A stretch of 64,000 bases of DNA. Source: Macrostomum lignano. Its lineage: Eukaryota. The stretch is from contig NIVC01000032.1 of assembly GCA_002269645.1 (NCBI GenBank), positions 558,001 through 622,000 of the forward strand, in the 5' to 3' direction. Each line of letters opens with the position of its first letter. Position 1 is the first letter of the stretch. The position numbers and the translations under genes were made by a program. Shown in pieces: positions 24,071 through 36,704 of this stretch. The notes beneath the pieces are model-generated. The model had not been told where the DNA came from. It did no database searches and worked only from the letters and a program-made list of their open reading frames with translations.

Positions 24071-24882
24071 CTATAAGTGTTTATTTATTCAACCCAGTTT
24101 TTATGTATATACATGTAATATCTTCAGACTTACAGTTTAAATAGTACTTTTTGTTTAGTCCAATTAGATGTTCTTACACATCTATAGTTGTCTTTATATG
24201 ATAGGTAGGGAGTGTACTTTTTAAATTAGTCGATTTGAACGTTGTGTTGCATTGGAGAATAAGATTCTGCACAGTTGTAATTATCAGCTACATGCATGTG
24301 TAAATAACCAATAACAAATAACAGTTGCTTCTTTTACTAACTCATTCCCGAGAATATTTATTGTTATATTAGTTAACCATTTTAACTTTTTTGTGACACA
24401 TTGTAGTGTTGCTATGATCTTCATATACTACTGTATACTAGATTCTGATACAGATTATTTCTGAAATTCACTGCGTCAAATTTTTTGTTATTATTCATTC
24501 CAACAGCTCTCTATAACTGTTTTATTAGTTTATTGCACAATAGCAATAAATCATTAACTGTCTCGATCGTTCACGGGTAGATGGCTTACCTCTAAAATAT
24601 CGGCGCATTTTTATTTAGCTACTATTGAGTAGCTATGTTTGCTAATTGAAATCATTATTGTTGCAGTAATTTATATTTAAATGCAGTTCCCTATTGTAGA
24701 GCATTTTAAATTGAATGAATATCTATAAATATGTTAATGTTGATTCTGTGAGATTACAGAATTTTCTATTATATTGCAATATTTCTCTTGAAATACTCCA
24801 CTTGCAATTTGCCTTCGGACTTTCTTTTGGTATTTCCCCCTAGGATTCCACTTTGGGACCCCTCCCCCTAGGGATTTCCCTT

Positions 24883-25245
24883 TGGGATTCGCCCCTGGGA
24901 TTCCCTTTTGGGATTCGCCCCTGGGATTCCCTTTTGGGATTCGCCCCTGGGATTCCCTTTTGGGATTCGCCCCTGGGATTCCCTTTTGGGATTCGCCCCT
25001 GGGATTCCCTTTTGGGATTCGCCCCTGGGATTCCCTTTTGGGATTCGCCCCTGGGATTCCCTTTTGGGATTCGCCCCTGGGATTCCCTTTTGGGATTCGC
25101 CCCTGGGATTCCCTTTTGGGATTCGCCCCTGGGATTCCCTTTTGGGATTCGCCCCTGGGATTCCCTTTTGGGATTCGCCCCTGGGATTCCCTTTTGGGAT
25201 TCGCCCCTGGGATTCCCTTTTGGGATTCGCCCCTGGGATTCCCCT
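24883..25245. repeat. 26-bp tandem array (gggattcgcccctgggattccctttt) x about 14 with degenerate flanks to about 24800 and 25620
   Basis: Direct reading; 26-aa periodic shadow ORFs; lies upstream of CEP152. Confidence 0.93.
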
Positions 25246-25838
25246 TTGGTTTCCCTCTTTGTGATTTCTCTTTAAAATTTCCCAGTTGTAGTTCGCCATC
25301 GGAATTTCCTTTTAAGATTCCCCTTTTGGAATTCTCCTTTGGGATTCTCCCATGCGATTCCCCTTTGGATATTCCTCTTTGTGATTTCTTTTTAGAATTC
25401 CCCACTTGCAATTTGCCTTCGTAATTTTCTTCGGAATTCCTCTTTAGGATTCTCCTTTGGGATTCTTCTTTGGAACCCCCTTTGGGATTCCTCTTCAGGA
25501 TTCCATTTTAGAATTTCTCCTGTTGCAATTTGTTTTTAGGGAATTTCATTTTAGATTAGCCATTTAGGATTTTCCTCAAAAATTCCCCTCGTAATTTCCC
25601 CTCCAAATTTACCTCTCCGTATTCCTTTAGTGATATTTTTCGTTGAATATTTTGTACATATTAAAGCCTTAGCTTAGTATTTCTGACTCAAGATTGCCCG
25701 AAAGAAAAATAATTCCCATGGAATTAATTTCCCATAATGTTTGTTTACTTTTTCCTGCTTCTTTATTGGTACGCTACTGGCGTAAGCAACAGGACAACCA
25801 TCGATTCCAAGACGAATTAGATTTCTCGCACCGTTGCC

Positions 25839-28800
25839 ATGGCAACTGGCGCTCGCGCCACCACGCTGAGCGTGTTTCTAGAGCGCCAGGCCGCCCAGCA
25901 GGAGGCCGCTATGAAGGCCGATCTGGCTCAGCGTCAGCGCGACATCCAGGAGGCCATCGACAACGAGTTGGAGAGCTTCTACGACAGCGACAGCGACAGT
26001 GGCGATGGAGACGACGATGACGATCTCGGCGTGCACCGCGACGGAGGCGGCGTCGGCGAGGAGCTGTCCGAGTCGTCACTTGACGCCGCCGACGCACCCG
26101 TCTATCGACACAACTTGCAGCACCAGCATCGGCATCGAGATGAGGCCGCCGAAATCCGACCACCGATTGAAGGCTCCTCGGTTGATGACGACGACCACCA
26201 CGACGGCAATGTCGATGTCGATGAAGAAACAAGCGACGACGAAGACGACGAGATGAAGGCAAATCGACGTCTAGACAATGTCGACTCTAACGACGGTGGC
26301 GACACCGCGTCGGCGGAACGGGATATTCCAGTCACGGCGGCTGGTGGAATGTTCCAGCTGGCCCTGCTGCCGGCCAGCCATCCCGCTCACCATCTGATGC
26401 TGCCGTCCGAGGCGACGTCCAGGTCCACAGCTCAGCTGGCCACCCTGTCGCCCGAGACCACCGGCTGCGGTCTGTCATCGGCTGAGTACTCTGGGCCTCA
26501 GCATCTGCCAGGGATGGATCGGGTCCGTTTTCTCTTGAAATCTGTGGTTCGTGTATCCCAGCACCCTTCATCAGTGCTGTCTGCTCCAGCATCCTTCATC
26601 AGTAATGTCTGCTCCAGCACCCTTCATCAGTGCTGTCTGCTCCAGCATCCTTCATTAGTGATGTCTGTTCCAGCACCCTTCATCAGTGCTGTCTGCTCCA
26701 GCATCCTTCATTAGTGATGTCTGTTCCAGCATCCTTCATCAGCAATGTCTGTTCCAGCATCCTTCATCAATCATCAGTGCTGTCTGTTCCAGCATCCTTC
26801 ATTAGTGATGTCTGTTCCAGCATCCTTCATTAGTGATGTCTGATCCAGCATCCTTCATCAGCAATGTCTGTTCCAGCATCCTTCATCAGCAATGTCTGTT
26901 CCAGCATCCTTCATCAATCAGTGATGTCTGTTCCAGCATCCTTGATCAGTGATGTCTGCTTCAGCATCCTTCCTCAGTGATGTCTGTTCCATCCAGCATC
27001 CTTCAGTGATGACTAATCCAGAATCTTTCATCAGTAATGTCTGATCCAGCATCCTTCATCAGTAATGTCTGATCCAGCATCCTTCATCAGTAATGTCTGT
27101 TCCAGCATCCTTCATCAGTGCTGTCTGTTCTAGCACCCTTCATCAGCAATGTCTGTTCCAGCATCTTTCATCAGCAATGTCTGTTCCAGCATCCTTCATC
27201 AGTGATGTCAGTTCCAGCATCCTTCATCATTCATTGTTCCAGAATCCCATCCAGCATCCCGCTGCCCAGCTCAACATCCTGCCTCCCAGCATGCGGCACA
27301 GTCAGCTCACCCGACCTCGCGGCGTCGATGTCGGAGTCAGCGTTGTGCCCGAGAACCAACGAGATCTTGACCAGCTTGATATTCTGTACCGAGCTCGAGG
27401 TCGTCATATCGAGGAGTTAAAGGCTCAACTGACTGAACTTCAAGTAAGAAATTGTACTAAATTAGATAAATAATTTTATTTTTATTACATGTAATAAATG
27501 TTTATTTATCCTATCTCAGGAATCTTCAGCCAAGGAGGCGCGCCTGTTGAAGCACAAACTGGCCCTGACGGAAGCGAATCGCGAATCAGCCGAGAAGGTC
27601 GCTTCTAGTACTGAGGACAGGCTTAAGGAGGCTCTTGAACAGGTGCGAATTGAGATTTATTGCTATTTAAACTACTTACAGTAGCATTGAGTGAGTCAGT
27701 GACAACTAAGATCAAATATTGTGGAAATTACTCTACTGGCAGTAGCACTGAATGCTATTTGTTACCAAAATAAATGACCACGCGCAGATCCGCAGTCTCA
27801 AAGAGGAGTCCGCCAAGCGTCAAGAGCTGACAGCCAAGCTGCTAGCCGAGAATGAGCAGCTGCAGCGTCAGCTGACTGAAGCCGGCTGTCAGAATGAGGC
27901 GCTGACCGCTCAGCTGACTGAGATGACCACGGCTGGCACGATTGGACGAGTTCGGGATCAGCAGGTAAGGGCTTCTCCACCAGTTTTCCAAGTTTGATAC
28001 CATTCAATGTGTGATTTCGCTGGCTGTGTTTTTGTGATTTTCCATAGCTACGGTATTCCTTATTGTCCTGGGATTCCCCATAGCTACGGGATTCTCTATT
28101 AGAGAGATTCCCTATAAATACGGGATTCCCTATTGTCCTGGGGTTCCCCATAGCTACGGGATTCCCTATTGTCCTGGGGTTCCCCATAGCTACCGGATTC
28201 TATTATCTTGGAATTCCCTATAGCTCCGGGATTCCCTATGGTCCTGGAATTTCCCAAAGCTAAAGTTAATAGGAAATTTTACCGGATTCTCCATACAAAT
28301 TGCCCGCAGGAGAATTTCATCCAGTCGTTGCGCAACAAAAAAGACGAGGAGATTTTCTACCTGAAAGATCGAATCGACCGGCTGCAGTCGGAGGCCGAGC
28401 AGCGGCAGGCGGACCTGGATGCGGCCAGGGCCCTAGCAACCAAGCTGGGCTCCCAACAGAGCCAGCAGGTTGTTGACGCCAACAAACAGGTGGCCGCCAT
28501 GGCCCAGCAGCTTCATGAGGCTCAGCAACGCTGCCAGGACCTGCTGGCTGGCGGTGCCGATTCGGAGATTGTCGGCAACCTTCGACACCAGCTGGCCCAG
28601 CGAGACCTGGCCAAGTCCATCACCGAGGAGATGAACTCCGCGCTCCAGGAGGAGATTGCGGACCTACGCGAGCAGCTGGCGATGTACGAGACGGCCGAGC
28701 GACTCCTGCCAACCTCGCTGAGGTCCCCGGCTGCTGGAACTGCTGGCGCCACCGAGGGAGGTCGAGAAGCCACCAGCACCAGCATGCCCGGTGTTGGAGC

Positions 28801-31800
28801 CTCCACTGACAGGGACAAGAGCGTAGCTTGCCTGCGGGTGAGACACTGGGATAATTCTCCCCACTCACGAATCCCCTTGTTCATTCACTGGGATAATTCT
28901 CCCCACTCCCGAATCATATTGTTCATTCACTGGGATAATTCTCCCCACGCCCGAATCCCCATGCTCATTCACTAGGATAATTCTCCCCACGCCCGAATCC
29001 CCAGGCCGAGCTGCTCCGCTGCCAGGATCTGTACAAGCAGAAGCGGGAGAAAGTATCCGAGCTGCAGAAGGAGCTCATCCAGCTGAAGAAATCCAGCCAC
29101 GAGTCCCGCCTGCGCTGTGAACGGGCCGAACTCGCTTTGAATGATCAGCGCGAGCAGTCCGTTGCCATGGAGACAAGAATTCGCTCTGAAGCGCAGAAGC
29201 AGCAGGAGGAAGCGGTGGCTGCGGCAGTGGCGAAGCTCAAAGCAGAGGAGGACCAACTGCGGAAACAGCTGGCGGCAGCTGAAGAACGTGCGGCCGAGGT
29301 GAGTTTAGCAGTTGGGTGTCTGCCGATATGTATCGAAACTTTGAGTTAAATGTAGAAGTGAGATGTGGATACAGAAATCGATGCGCTAAGTAGTCACTAG
29401 CAAGTAAATCCATGCGCCTTCATTGTCTCACCCCTAGACTCTCATCTCATCCTAATCACACTTCGAAACTCCTATCTCTCGTATCTCAAAACCATCTCAC
29501 TCCGATCTTACCCCAATCTTATCGCTATCTTTAATCTCACCTCCATCTTTACCCATCTTACCCTCATCTCAACCTCATCTCACCCAATCTCACCCAATCT
29601 CACCCTCATCTTACCTAATCTCACCCTCATCTCACCCAATCTCACCCTCATCTCACCCTTATCTCACCCTCATCCCACCCAATCTCACCCTTATCCCACT
29701 CAATCTCACCCTCATCTCACCCTTATCTCACCCAAACTCACCCTCATCTCACTCAATCTCACCCTCATCTCACTCAATCTCACCCTCATCTCAATCAATC
29801 TCACCCTCATTTCACTCAATCTCACCCTCATTTCACTCAATCTCACCCTCATCTCACTCAATCTCACGCTCATCTCACTCAATCTCACCCTCATCTCACC
29901 CAATCTCACCCTCATCTCACCCAATCTCACCCTCAGCTGGAGTCGCGGCTGTCCTCAGTCCAGTCAGAGCTATCCCAGTCATCAGAGGCGCAGCGCAGTC
30001 TGTCAGCCCAGTGTGAGCAGCTCCAGTCGGAGTTCGCAGCCGCCTGGGACCGAGCAGAGCAGGACAAGGCGGCCGAATTCGAGCGGATCCAGCGCACCTG
30101 TCAGGCGCACTTCGATCTCTGCCGGGAGAAAATGCGCGAAGAGCTGCTGGCAGGCTTCGCCGAGGAGCGTCGGGCCGCCAGCGAGCGATACGAAGCTCGA
30201 CTGGCCGAGGCTCAGGCTGTGGCTGCCCAGCTGGGCCAGGAGAGGCGGCAGTTGGAAGCTCAACTTGATGAAGCGTCTCGGAAGCTGCAGACTGCGAATT
30301 GCGCAATCCGGGACCGACGACCGGCTGCCTGCCAGACTAACGGCAGGGTGGAGGAGAGGGCGGAGACAGCGGATGCTGCTGTTCAGGTGGGATTCTGGGA
30401 ATCCGGTATTTTGATGGTGTGGGATTTCTGAGATTCTGGGGTTTTGATGGAGTGGGATTTCTGAGATTCTGGGGTTTTGATGGAGTGGGATTTCTGAGAT
30501 TCTGGTATTTTGATGGTGTGGGATTTCTGAGATTCTGGGGTTTTGATGGAGTGGGATTTCTGAGACTCTGGGGTTTTGATGGAGTGGGATTTCTGAGATT
30601 CTGGTATTTTGATGGAGTGGGATTTCTGAGATTCTGGTATTTTGATGGTGTGGGATTTCTGAGATTATGGGGTTTTGATGGTGTGGGATTTCTGAGATTC
30701 TGGGGTTTTGATGGTGTGGGATTTCTGAGATTCTGGGGTTTTGATGGTGTCGGATTTCTGAGATTTTGATGGTGTGGGATTTCTGAGATTCTGGGGTTTT
30801 GATGGTGTCGGATTTCTGAGATTCTGATGGTCTGGGATTTCTAAGATTCTGGGGTTTTGATGGTCTGGGATTTCTGAGATTCTGGTTTGATAGTGTGGGA
30901 TTTCTGAGATTGTGATGGTGTGGTGTAGTCTATGATTCTGTTGGGGTGGCATTTCTAGGAATTCCGATTTGTCGTCTAGGTTCTTCAGCGCCAACCCCGC
31001 TTGATCCCGCAGGCCTCTCAGCAGCAGCAGCCTCCCGAACTCAGTCTGACAGTCGCGGACCCTCTAGCCGAGCAGGAGACTGAGCTGGGCCGCCGCCTCC
31101 AGCAGTGCTACCTGGCCGCCATCAGCCGCATCCGGGACGAAGTGGTTGGTCACGTGACCGACAGTCAGGAGCGCGCTGAGCGGCGCCTTCGCCGGTCGCA
31201 GCGAAGCCTGTGCGCCAGATTTGCTCTGCACCTTCGCCGGGACATTGAGGAGAAGTTCAGCTGCCCGGATGCTGAGCTCAGCGTTGACTCCGTGCTGCAG
31301 GTAGCCGCTCGCTACTGTCAGTAGTGCAGTTAATAATCAATCAGCCACTCGCTACTGTCAGTAGTGCAGTTAATAATCAATCAGCCACTCGCTACTGTCA
31401 GTAGTGCAGTTAATAATCAATCAGCCACTCGCTACTGTCAGTAGTGCAGTTAATAATCAATCAGCCACTCGCTACTGTCAGTAGTGCAGTTAATAAATAA
31501 TCAGCCACTCGCTACTGTCAGTAGTGCAGTTAATAATCAATCAGCCACTCGCTACTGTCAGTAGTGCCGTTAATAATCAATCAGCCACTCGCTACTGTCA
31601 GTAGTGCAGTTAATAAATAATCAGCCACTCGCTACTGTCAGTAGTGCAGTTAATAATCAATCAGCCACTCGCTACTGTCAGTAGTGCAGTTAATAATCAA
31701 TCAGCCACTCGCTACTGTCAGTAGTGCAGTTAATAATCAATCAGCCACTCGCTACTGTCAGTAGTGCAGTTAATAATCAATCAGCCACTCGCTACTGTCA

Positions 31801-32253
31801 GTAGTGCAGTTAATAATCAATCAGCCACTCGCTACTGTCAGTAGTGCAGTTAATAATCAATCAGCCACTCGCTACTGTCAGTAGTGCAGTTAATAATCAA
31901 TCAGCCATTCGCTACTATCAGTAGTGCAGTTAGTGTTTGTGTTCCGCATCAGCCATTCAGAACCCCTGTTCGCCCTCCAGCTGCTCAACCAGTCGCTCAA
32001 CCGCACGATGCGTCTCTCTCTGCCATCAGCTTCGCATTTGCGTCGCTCTGCTGCCACCGGCGACCTTCCCGACGACGACGGCGACTCGACGCCCACCGCC
32101 TCCGCTAGCGGCCTGTCGACGCCGCCTGTTCAGCAGCGGCCGCTGCCCCCGCCGCCACCCGTAGCTCCGCGGTCCTCGCAAGCGTCGAGGCGGCCGACGG
32201 CCACCACGTCGACGCCAGCCGAGAAGGACGCCGGCGGAGGTGCCGCTCTCTGA
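25839..32253 (+). CDS. CEP152: CEP152/Asterless ortholog (centriolar coiled-coil scaffold), 9 exons, about 1016 aa
   Basis: Exons 25839-26522, 27243-27443, 27520-27642, 27788-27964, 28310-28837, 29005-29298, 29937-30386, 30980-31300, 31981-32253 (3051 nt, all phase 0). Segments resembling CEP152 from memory: LDQLDILYRARGRHIEEL, GRVRDQQENFIQSLRNKKDEEI, QLHEAQQRCQDLLAGG, MNSALQEEIADLREQLAMYETA. The exon 1 donor (gtccgt) is weak. Confidence 0.75.
26555..27230. repeat. 28-bp minisatellite (cagcatccttcatcagtgatgtctgttc) in CEP152 intron 1
   Basis: Direct reading; degenerate, about 24 units. Confidence 0.9.
28040..28255. repeat. 36-bp degenerate repeat (cccatagctacgggattccctattgtcctggggttc) x about 5 in CEP152 intron 4
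   Basis: Direct reading. Confidence 0.85.
28844..29004. repeat. 42-bp repeat (cactgggataattctccccac...gaatcccc...) x about 4 forming almost all of CEP152 intron 5
   Basis: Direct reading; the last unit ends in the acceptor ccccag. Confidence 0.85.
29530..29936. repeat. 21-bp pyrimidine-rich repeat (tctcaccctcatctcactcaa) in CEP152 intron 6
   Basis: Direct reading; runs straight into the acceptor cctcag. Confidence 0.9.
30410..30900. repeat. 33-bp repeat (gtgggatttctgagattctggggttttgatggt) x about 14 in CEP152 intron 7
   Basis: Direct reading. Confidence 0.9.
31303..31932. repeat. 40-bp near-perfect tandem array (tcagccactcgctactgtcagtagtgcagttaataatcaa) x about 15.5 in CEP152 intron 8
   Basis: Direct reading; begins at +3 of the donor. 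Confidence 0.95.
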
Positions 32254-33038
32254 AGAAAAGTACTTTAAGGCTATGTCATACTTTAAGACTTTTTCACAGC
32301 ACTCTTAGACCAGCCTAATTAAAGTACACGCGATGTACTTTACTAGTTCCTAGTAATTGATTTATTGCCTACCAGTTCTGTAAAAATAATGCACGTCTTA
32401 AAAGTCCAGACCAAATGTACTTTTATTGTACCTAAAGGTACATCGAATGTACTTTATAATTTTGTAGGATGTACTTTATAGCCACACAAAGCCATGAACT
32501 CATTTTGTTAAACTATTTTCAATCTGCGCGGGTTCGCAGCATTTTAGAATTCTCCCTCATTGGCTCGCATTTAAGTCCCCAATGCAGGCAGCCCGTAGCA
32601 ACTAAACTATGCAACCATAGACAGTCCGTTCCGTCCTAATACCGTCTTTAATCTGTGCAGCTCACAGGGGGGGGGGGCTCAAGGACTCAAAACTGACTGA
32701 TTATTTTAATTTTGTATTTTGCAGCACCGCCTTTGCCTGCTGGCAGCTTCAGAGTATGCAACAAATGCTTATTTAAGGTGCAAACTCAATACATTTACTT
32801 GTGTATAGGGCTGAGCTGTGTCAGCAGACTCAGTGCCTGAAGACTCAGAATTGCCTTTTTAGTTGTGTCTTCAGTCTGTGTGTTATTTTATCGGATGAGA
32901 CTTGTTAGACCCAGGCGCACTTTAAGCGACATTTTCACACAGCGCAGGCACACACAGAAGTATACAACGGCCCTTTAGTTATCGTTAGGCATGTACACTT
33001 CCCTGTGCTTTGGAGGTTGGCCCTAAAGGGCTTTAACT

Positions 33039-36000
33039 CCCGTCGAACGTTTCACCTGGAATTTTTTCCGGAATTTTGTGATCCGGGCCCGATTTTTAAT
33101 TGATTTCCGGGTGAAGGCCCGGATCAGCTTTTTTGACCCGGAACAGCCCCCTGTTCCGGAAAAAGATCCGGAAATATGATTTTCGGGAAAAGGAAAGCTG
33201 TTCCGGTCTGATTTTCCGGAATTTTTCACCCGGAACACTATGGAATTCTGGGTGTAGACCCGAATTTCAGTGGTGTTCCGGGTGAAAATGTTCCGGGTGA
33301 GATTTCGGGACTTGAGTCGGAATTCTCCAGTGATCCGGACCAAATGATCCGGAAAATTCACCCGGATCAGCTCCCCTGACCCGAATTTCAGCCAAGTTCC
33401 GGGCGAAGCTGATCCGGGAAAATTTCGGGACTTGAGTCAGAACTCCCTTGTGATCCGGACCAACTGATCCGGAAAATTCACCCGGATCAGCTCCCTTGAC
33501 CCGAATTTCAGCCAAATTCCGGGAAAAGCTGATCCGGGAAAATTTCGGGACTTGAGTCGGATTTCCCCAGTGATCCGGACCAAATGATCCAGAAAATTCG
33601 CCCGGATCAGCTCCCTTGACCCGAATTTCAGCCAAATTCTGGGCGAAGCTGATCCGGGAAAATTTCGGGACTTGAGTCGGAATTCCCCAGTGATCCGGAC
33701 CAAATGATCCGGAAAATTCACCCGGATCAGCTCCTTTGACCCGAATTTCAGCCAAATTCCGGGCGAAGCTGATCCGGGAAAATTTCGGGACTTGAGTCGG
33801 AATCAATCCGGCATCCATTATACAAGTACCATGGGGATTTTGAGAGGAAGCCTCCGATGGAAAACCGCTGAATACAGACCCCAGCAAATGGCTATCCCAT
33901 CAGGCAATCCCTGGCATCCATTTGGTCAACGGCGCTAATTCCTCTTGGAAAGCGAGGGGTAATAAAGCCTCGGAATTGCAATGTGAATTGATCTGCTTTA
34001 CGGCGGCACTGTAGCGTCCGTAATGTGAGGCTGAGCCCATCCTCCGTACAGGTGACAATTGAAAAATTGTTGCGCCCTGTTTGTGTGCGAGAGGTTTGAC
34101 TTCCACTGGCATGTAGTCTATCACAGCTGCTTAGTGTGTCAACGGGCTGAATGATTCTATCGTCATATTTGACGCTTAGAAGCATAAAATCAGCCAACCA
34201 TATTGTTTGGCACAGCTGGGTGTCTAGACGGAGACTGTGGCATGGTTCCAAATAGCTCTAACTGGCCCAGTATGCAAAGCAGCTTTCCTATTAAGATAGA
34301 CGCTAATCCGATTTTTGTCGGTGCATGCTCCATTGGTTTGTCTAAGGCGTTTGCAGTTGCACCAGCCGTGAGCAGATCACGTTGTCACGGCTGCTAACAA
34401 GAGTACCGGATCCCGGTATTCCGCCACTCTCTGGAAGGGGCCTTTGGATAGAAAGGCCCAAGCGATTGAAGCGACTGCTTTGGCGCGTGTGCCATCGCAG
34501 CAACCGCAGCCGTCACGATGCCCGTCATGCACCACAATGATGGATCAGATTCGGGCCCAAGGCGAAGCCGAGGACGAACTGTGTAAGTTTTTTATGCATA
34601 TACTAGAAGACGTTAGCAGCCTCGTATATATATAAGTGTTGTCGATTCTTAAGTTTGAATCTGCTTCGCCACTCTCCTCATTTTCATGTACTTAATAGGC
34701 CATCAATTGAGCGGAGTTCGTGAAAAGCTGTCGGAGGCTCAAGCCGAAAATCGTCAGCTGAAAGCTGAAGTTCTTCGATTGGAAGCTATCTCCGCTACGA
34801 GCTTGTCGGAATCCGACACGACCGTGGCGAGAAGCCAGGCAGTGCTCTTTCAATCTCGGCCAGCCGCAGAGCGGCAAAAGAAGGCGGACCAGGTGAAGGC
34901 GCGACGAATCGCCAGTGCTGCCGGAAATGAGGGGCCGACTTCTGGAAACATATATTTCCAGACGGCGAGCTACTCGAGGAGTGAAATGCGGGCGATGTCC
35001 AAGATCGAGTGCATAACACCACCACCGCATTTATTCGCAATTAATTTCTAGCTTTTTGTTAAGGCCAAATTTGCTGGATTCGATTTCATTAGAAACGCTC
35101 TTCGAGACATTGGCTGTCTACATTTATGAGCCCTGATAGGTCCTGGAAAATGAGACAAAAGTCGTTCCTTAATTTTTGCGGAGATCTTTACAATTCTTAA
35201 GCAAGTGAATAGATAAGTCAGCTGACTTGAGTTAACTAGCTAATTAGCTGTATAGCGAGTGACCCACCTGACAGATGCAATCAGAGGTAGGCGATGGGGA
35301 TCCCTGAAGAGTAGCCAATGTCGCGATAAGGTATATAAAACCGTATACGGCTTCAAAAAAAGTTGATGGTAGCATCGAAGTCCAGCTGCCCATCCGAGTG
35401 ACATTCAGAAGGTCAGCATTTTTTGTTTCTGAAAGTACGTAGAAGTGTATAGAAATATACGATTTGCAGTTGTGCACAACTGAATTCAGTATTTCTGTTC
35501 GTGGACGGCTAAATCGAATTCGATTCAATTCGTAGTCGTGGAAAATGTATGGAACAATGACCCGTTCTTTATTTAATTTTCTGCTACTGTGATAAGCCCA
35601 AGATTTGGCTGCAAATCCGGTTCAATCATCCAGAATTCACCTGGATTCGTGTGCTAATCCGGTTCACTCTCCCGGAATTCGCCCGGATTTGTGTGCTGAT
35701 CCGGTTCACTCGCCCGGAATTGTGTGCTGATCCGGTTTACTCGCCCGGAATTAGCCCGGATTTGTGTGCTGATCCGGTTCACTCGCCCGGAATTGTGTGC
35801 TGATCCGGTTTACTCGCCCGGAATTAGCCCGGATTTGTGTGCTGATCCGGTTCACTCGCCCGGAATTGTGTGCTGATCCGGTTTACTCGCCCGGAATTAG
35901 CCCGGATTTGTGTGCTGATCCGGTTCACTCGCCCGGAATTCGCCCGGATTTGTGTGCTGATCCGGTTCACTCGCCCGGAATTCGCCCGGATTTGTGTGCT

Positions 36001-36370
36001 GATCCGGTTCACTCGCCCGGATTTGTGTGCTGATCCGGTTCACTCGCCCGGAATTGTGTGCTGATCCGGTTCACTCGCCCGGATTTGTGTGCTGATCCGG
36101 TTCACTCGCCCGGAATTTAGCCCGGATTTGTGTGCTGATCCGTTCCACTCGCCCGGATCGCACCCGGAACAGTCACCGGATTTTTTTTAGCGATCCGGGT
36201 CTATTTTCCGGAATTTTTCTTTTTGATCCGGAAATTTCGCCCGGATTCTGTAAACTTTCGTTACAGATCCGGAATTTCCACCCGGATCAGATTGCATTAC
36301 TGGAATAGGAAAAAATTCCGTGTGAACGCAAAAAATTCCGGTCGAAATTCCGGGTGAAAAGTTCGACGGG
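33039..36370. mobile_element. Non-autonomous CACTA/CMC-EnSpm-like element (CCC...GGG ends, 2-bp TSD, long subterminal arrays)
   Basis: 39-bp TIRs, 34/39 identical (cccgtcgaac...); ct on both flanks (33037-38, 36371-72); left arm has a 120-bp unit x about 4 (33300-33800), right arm has 30-42-bp units (35640-36160), both rich in ccgg motifs. No transposase seen. Confidence 0.8.
34376..35051 (+). CDS. Putative spliced cargo ORF in the CACTA-like element (CxxC plus coiled coil); partial or pseudogene
   Basis: Open frame ...HVVTAANKSTGSRYSATLWKG...RCPSCTTMMDQIRAQGEAEDEL, phase-1 donor t|gtaagt, acceptor ttaatag|gc, then HQLSGVREKLSEAQAENRQLKAEVLRLE...HLFAINF*. The 5' end is unresolved. Confidence 0.4.
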
Positions 36371-36704
36371 CTGCACGAGCAGAGCCAAGCCGAGATTCCA
36401 ATTTAGCCCCAAATCAATGTGACTGCACTAAGCTACGGTCCTCTTCATCAGATTTCATCAGCCATCTATCTCAGGTGTAATTTCTGCCCAGCAACCAGCA
36501 CAGTCAACCAGCTGCCCGTCATCTTCCTGCCATCCAGTGTGAAGAGCTAAGCAGCGCCTGAGCTGTTGGAAATGTTAGTGGAATTTTAATTAAATCGATT
36601 TTACTCAGCTCTGCCAGCTTAGCTTGCCGGAGTCCGGCTCCGGCCGCCTTCGATAGCCATTGCTGCGGGTGAAGCTGAGGATGGGGCTGGATTGGAAGAG
36701 GGGA

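Noticed and set aside
24734-25424. NF-kB-like sites or a repeat protein in the 26-bp array
   Set aside because: The unit gggattccct does not fit GGGRNNYYCC, and the ORFs are periodic shadows.
26555-27230. Hammerhead ribozyme array (CTGATGA on the minus strand in each unit)
   Set aside because: No stem II, GAAA or NUH geometry follows the CUGAUGA; the motif is incidental.
31303-31932. CRISPR-like array (regular 40-bp period)
   Set aside because: Head-to-tail identical units with no unique spacers, no cas genes, and a eukaryotic intron context. The same applies to all other arrays here.
32255-32485. Cluster of gtacttt/aaagtac motifs in both orientations after the CEP152 stop
   Set aside because: No definable TIR pair or TSD; too degenerate to call.
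33023-33887. 206-aa and related ORFs in the CACTA left arm
   Set aside because: 40-aa periodicity equals the 120-bp subterminal unit; not a transposase.
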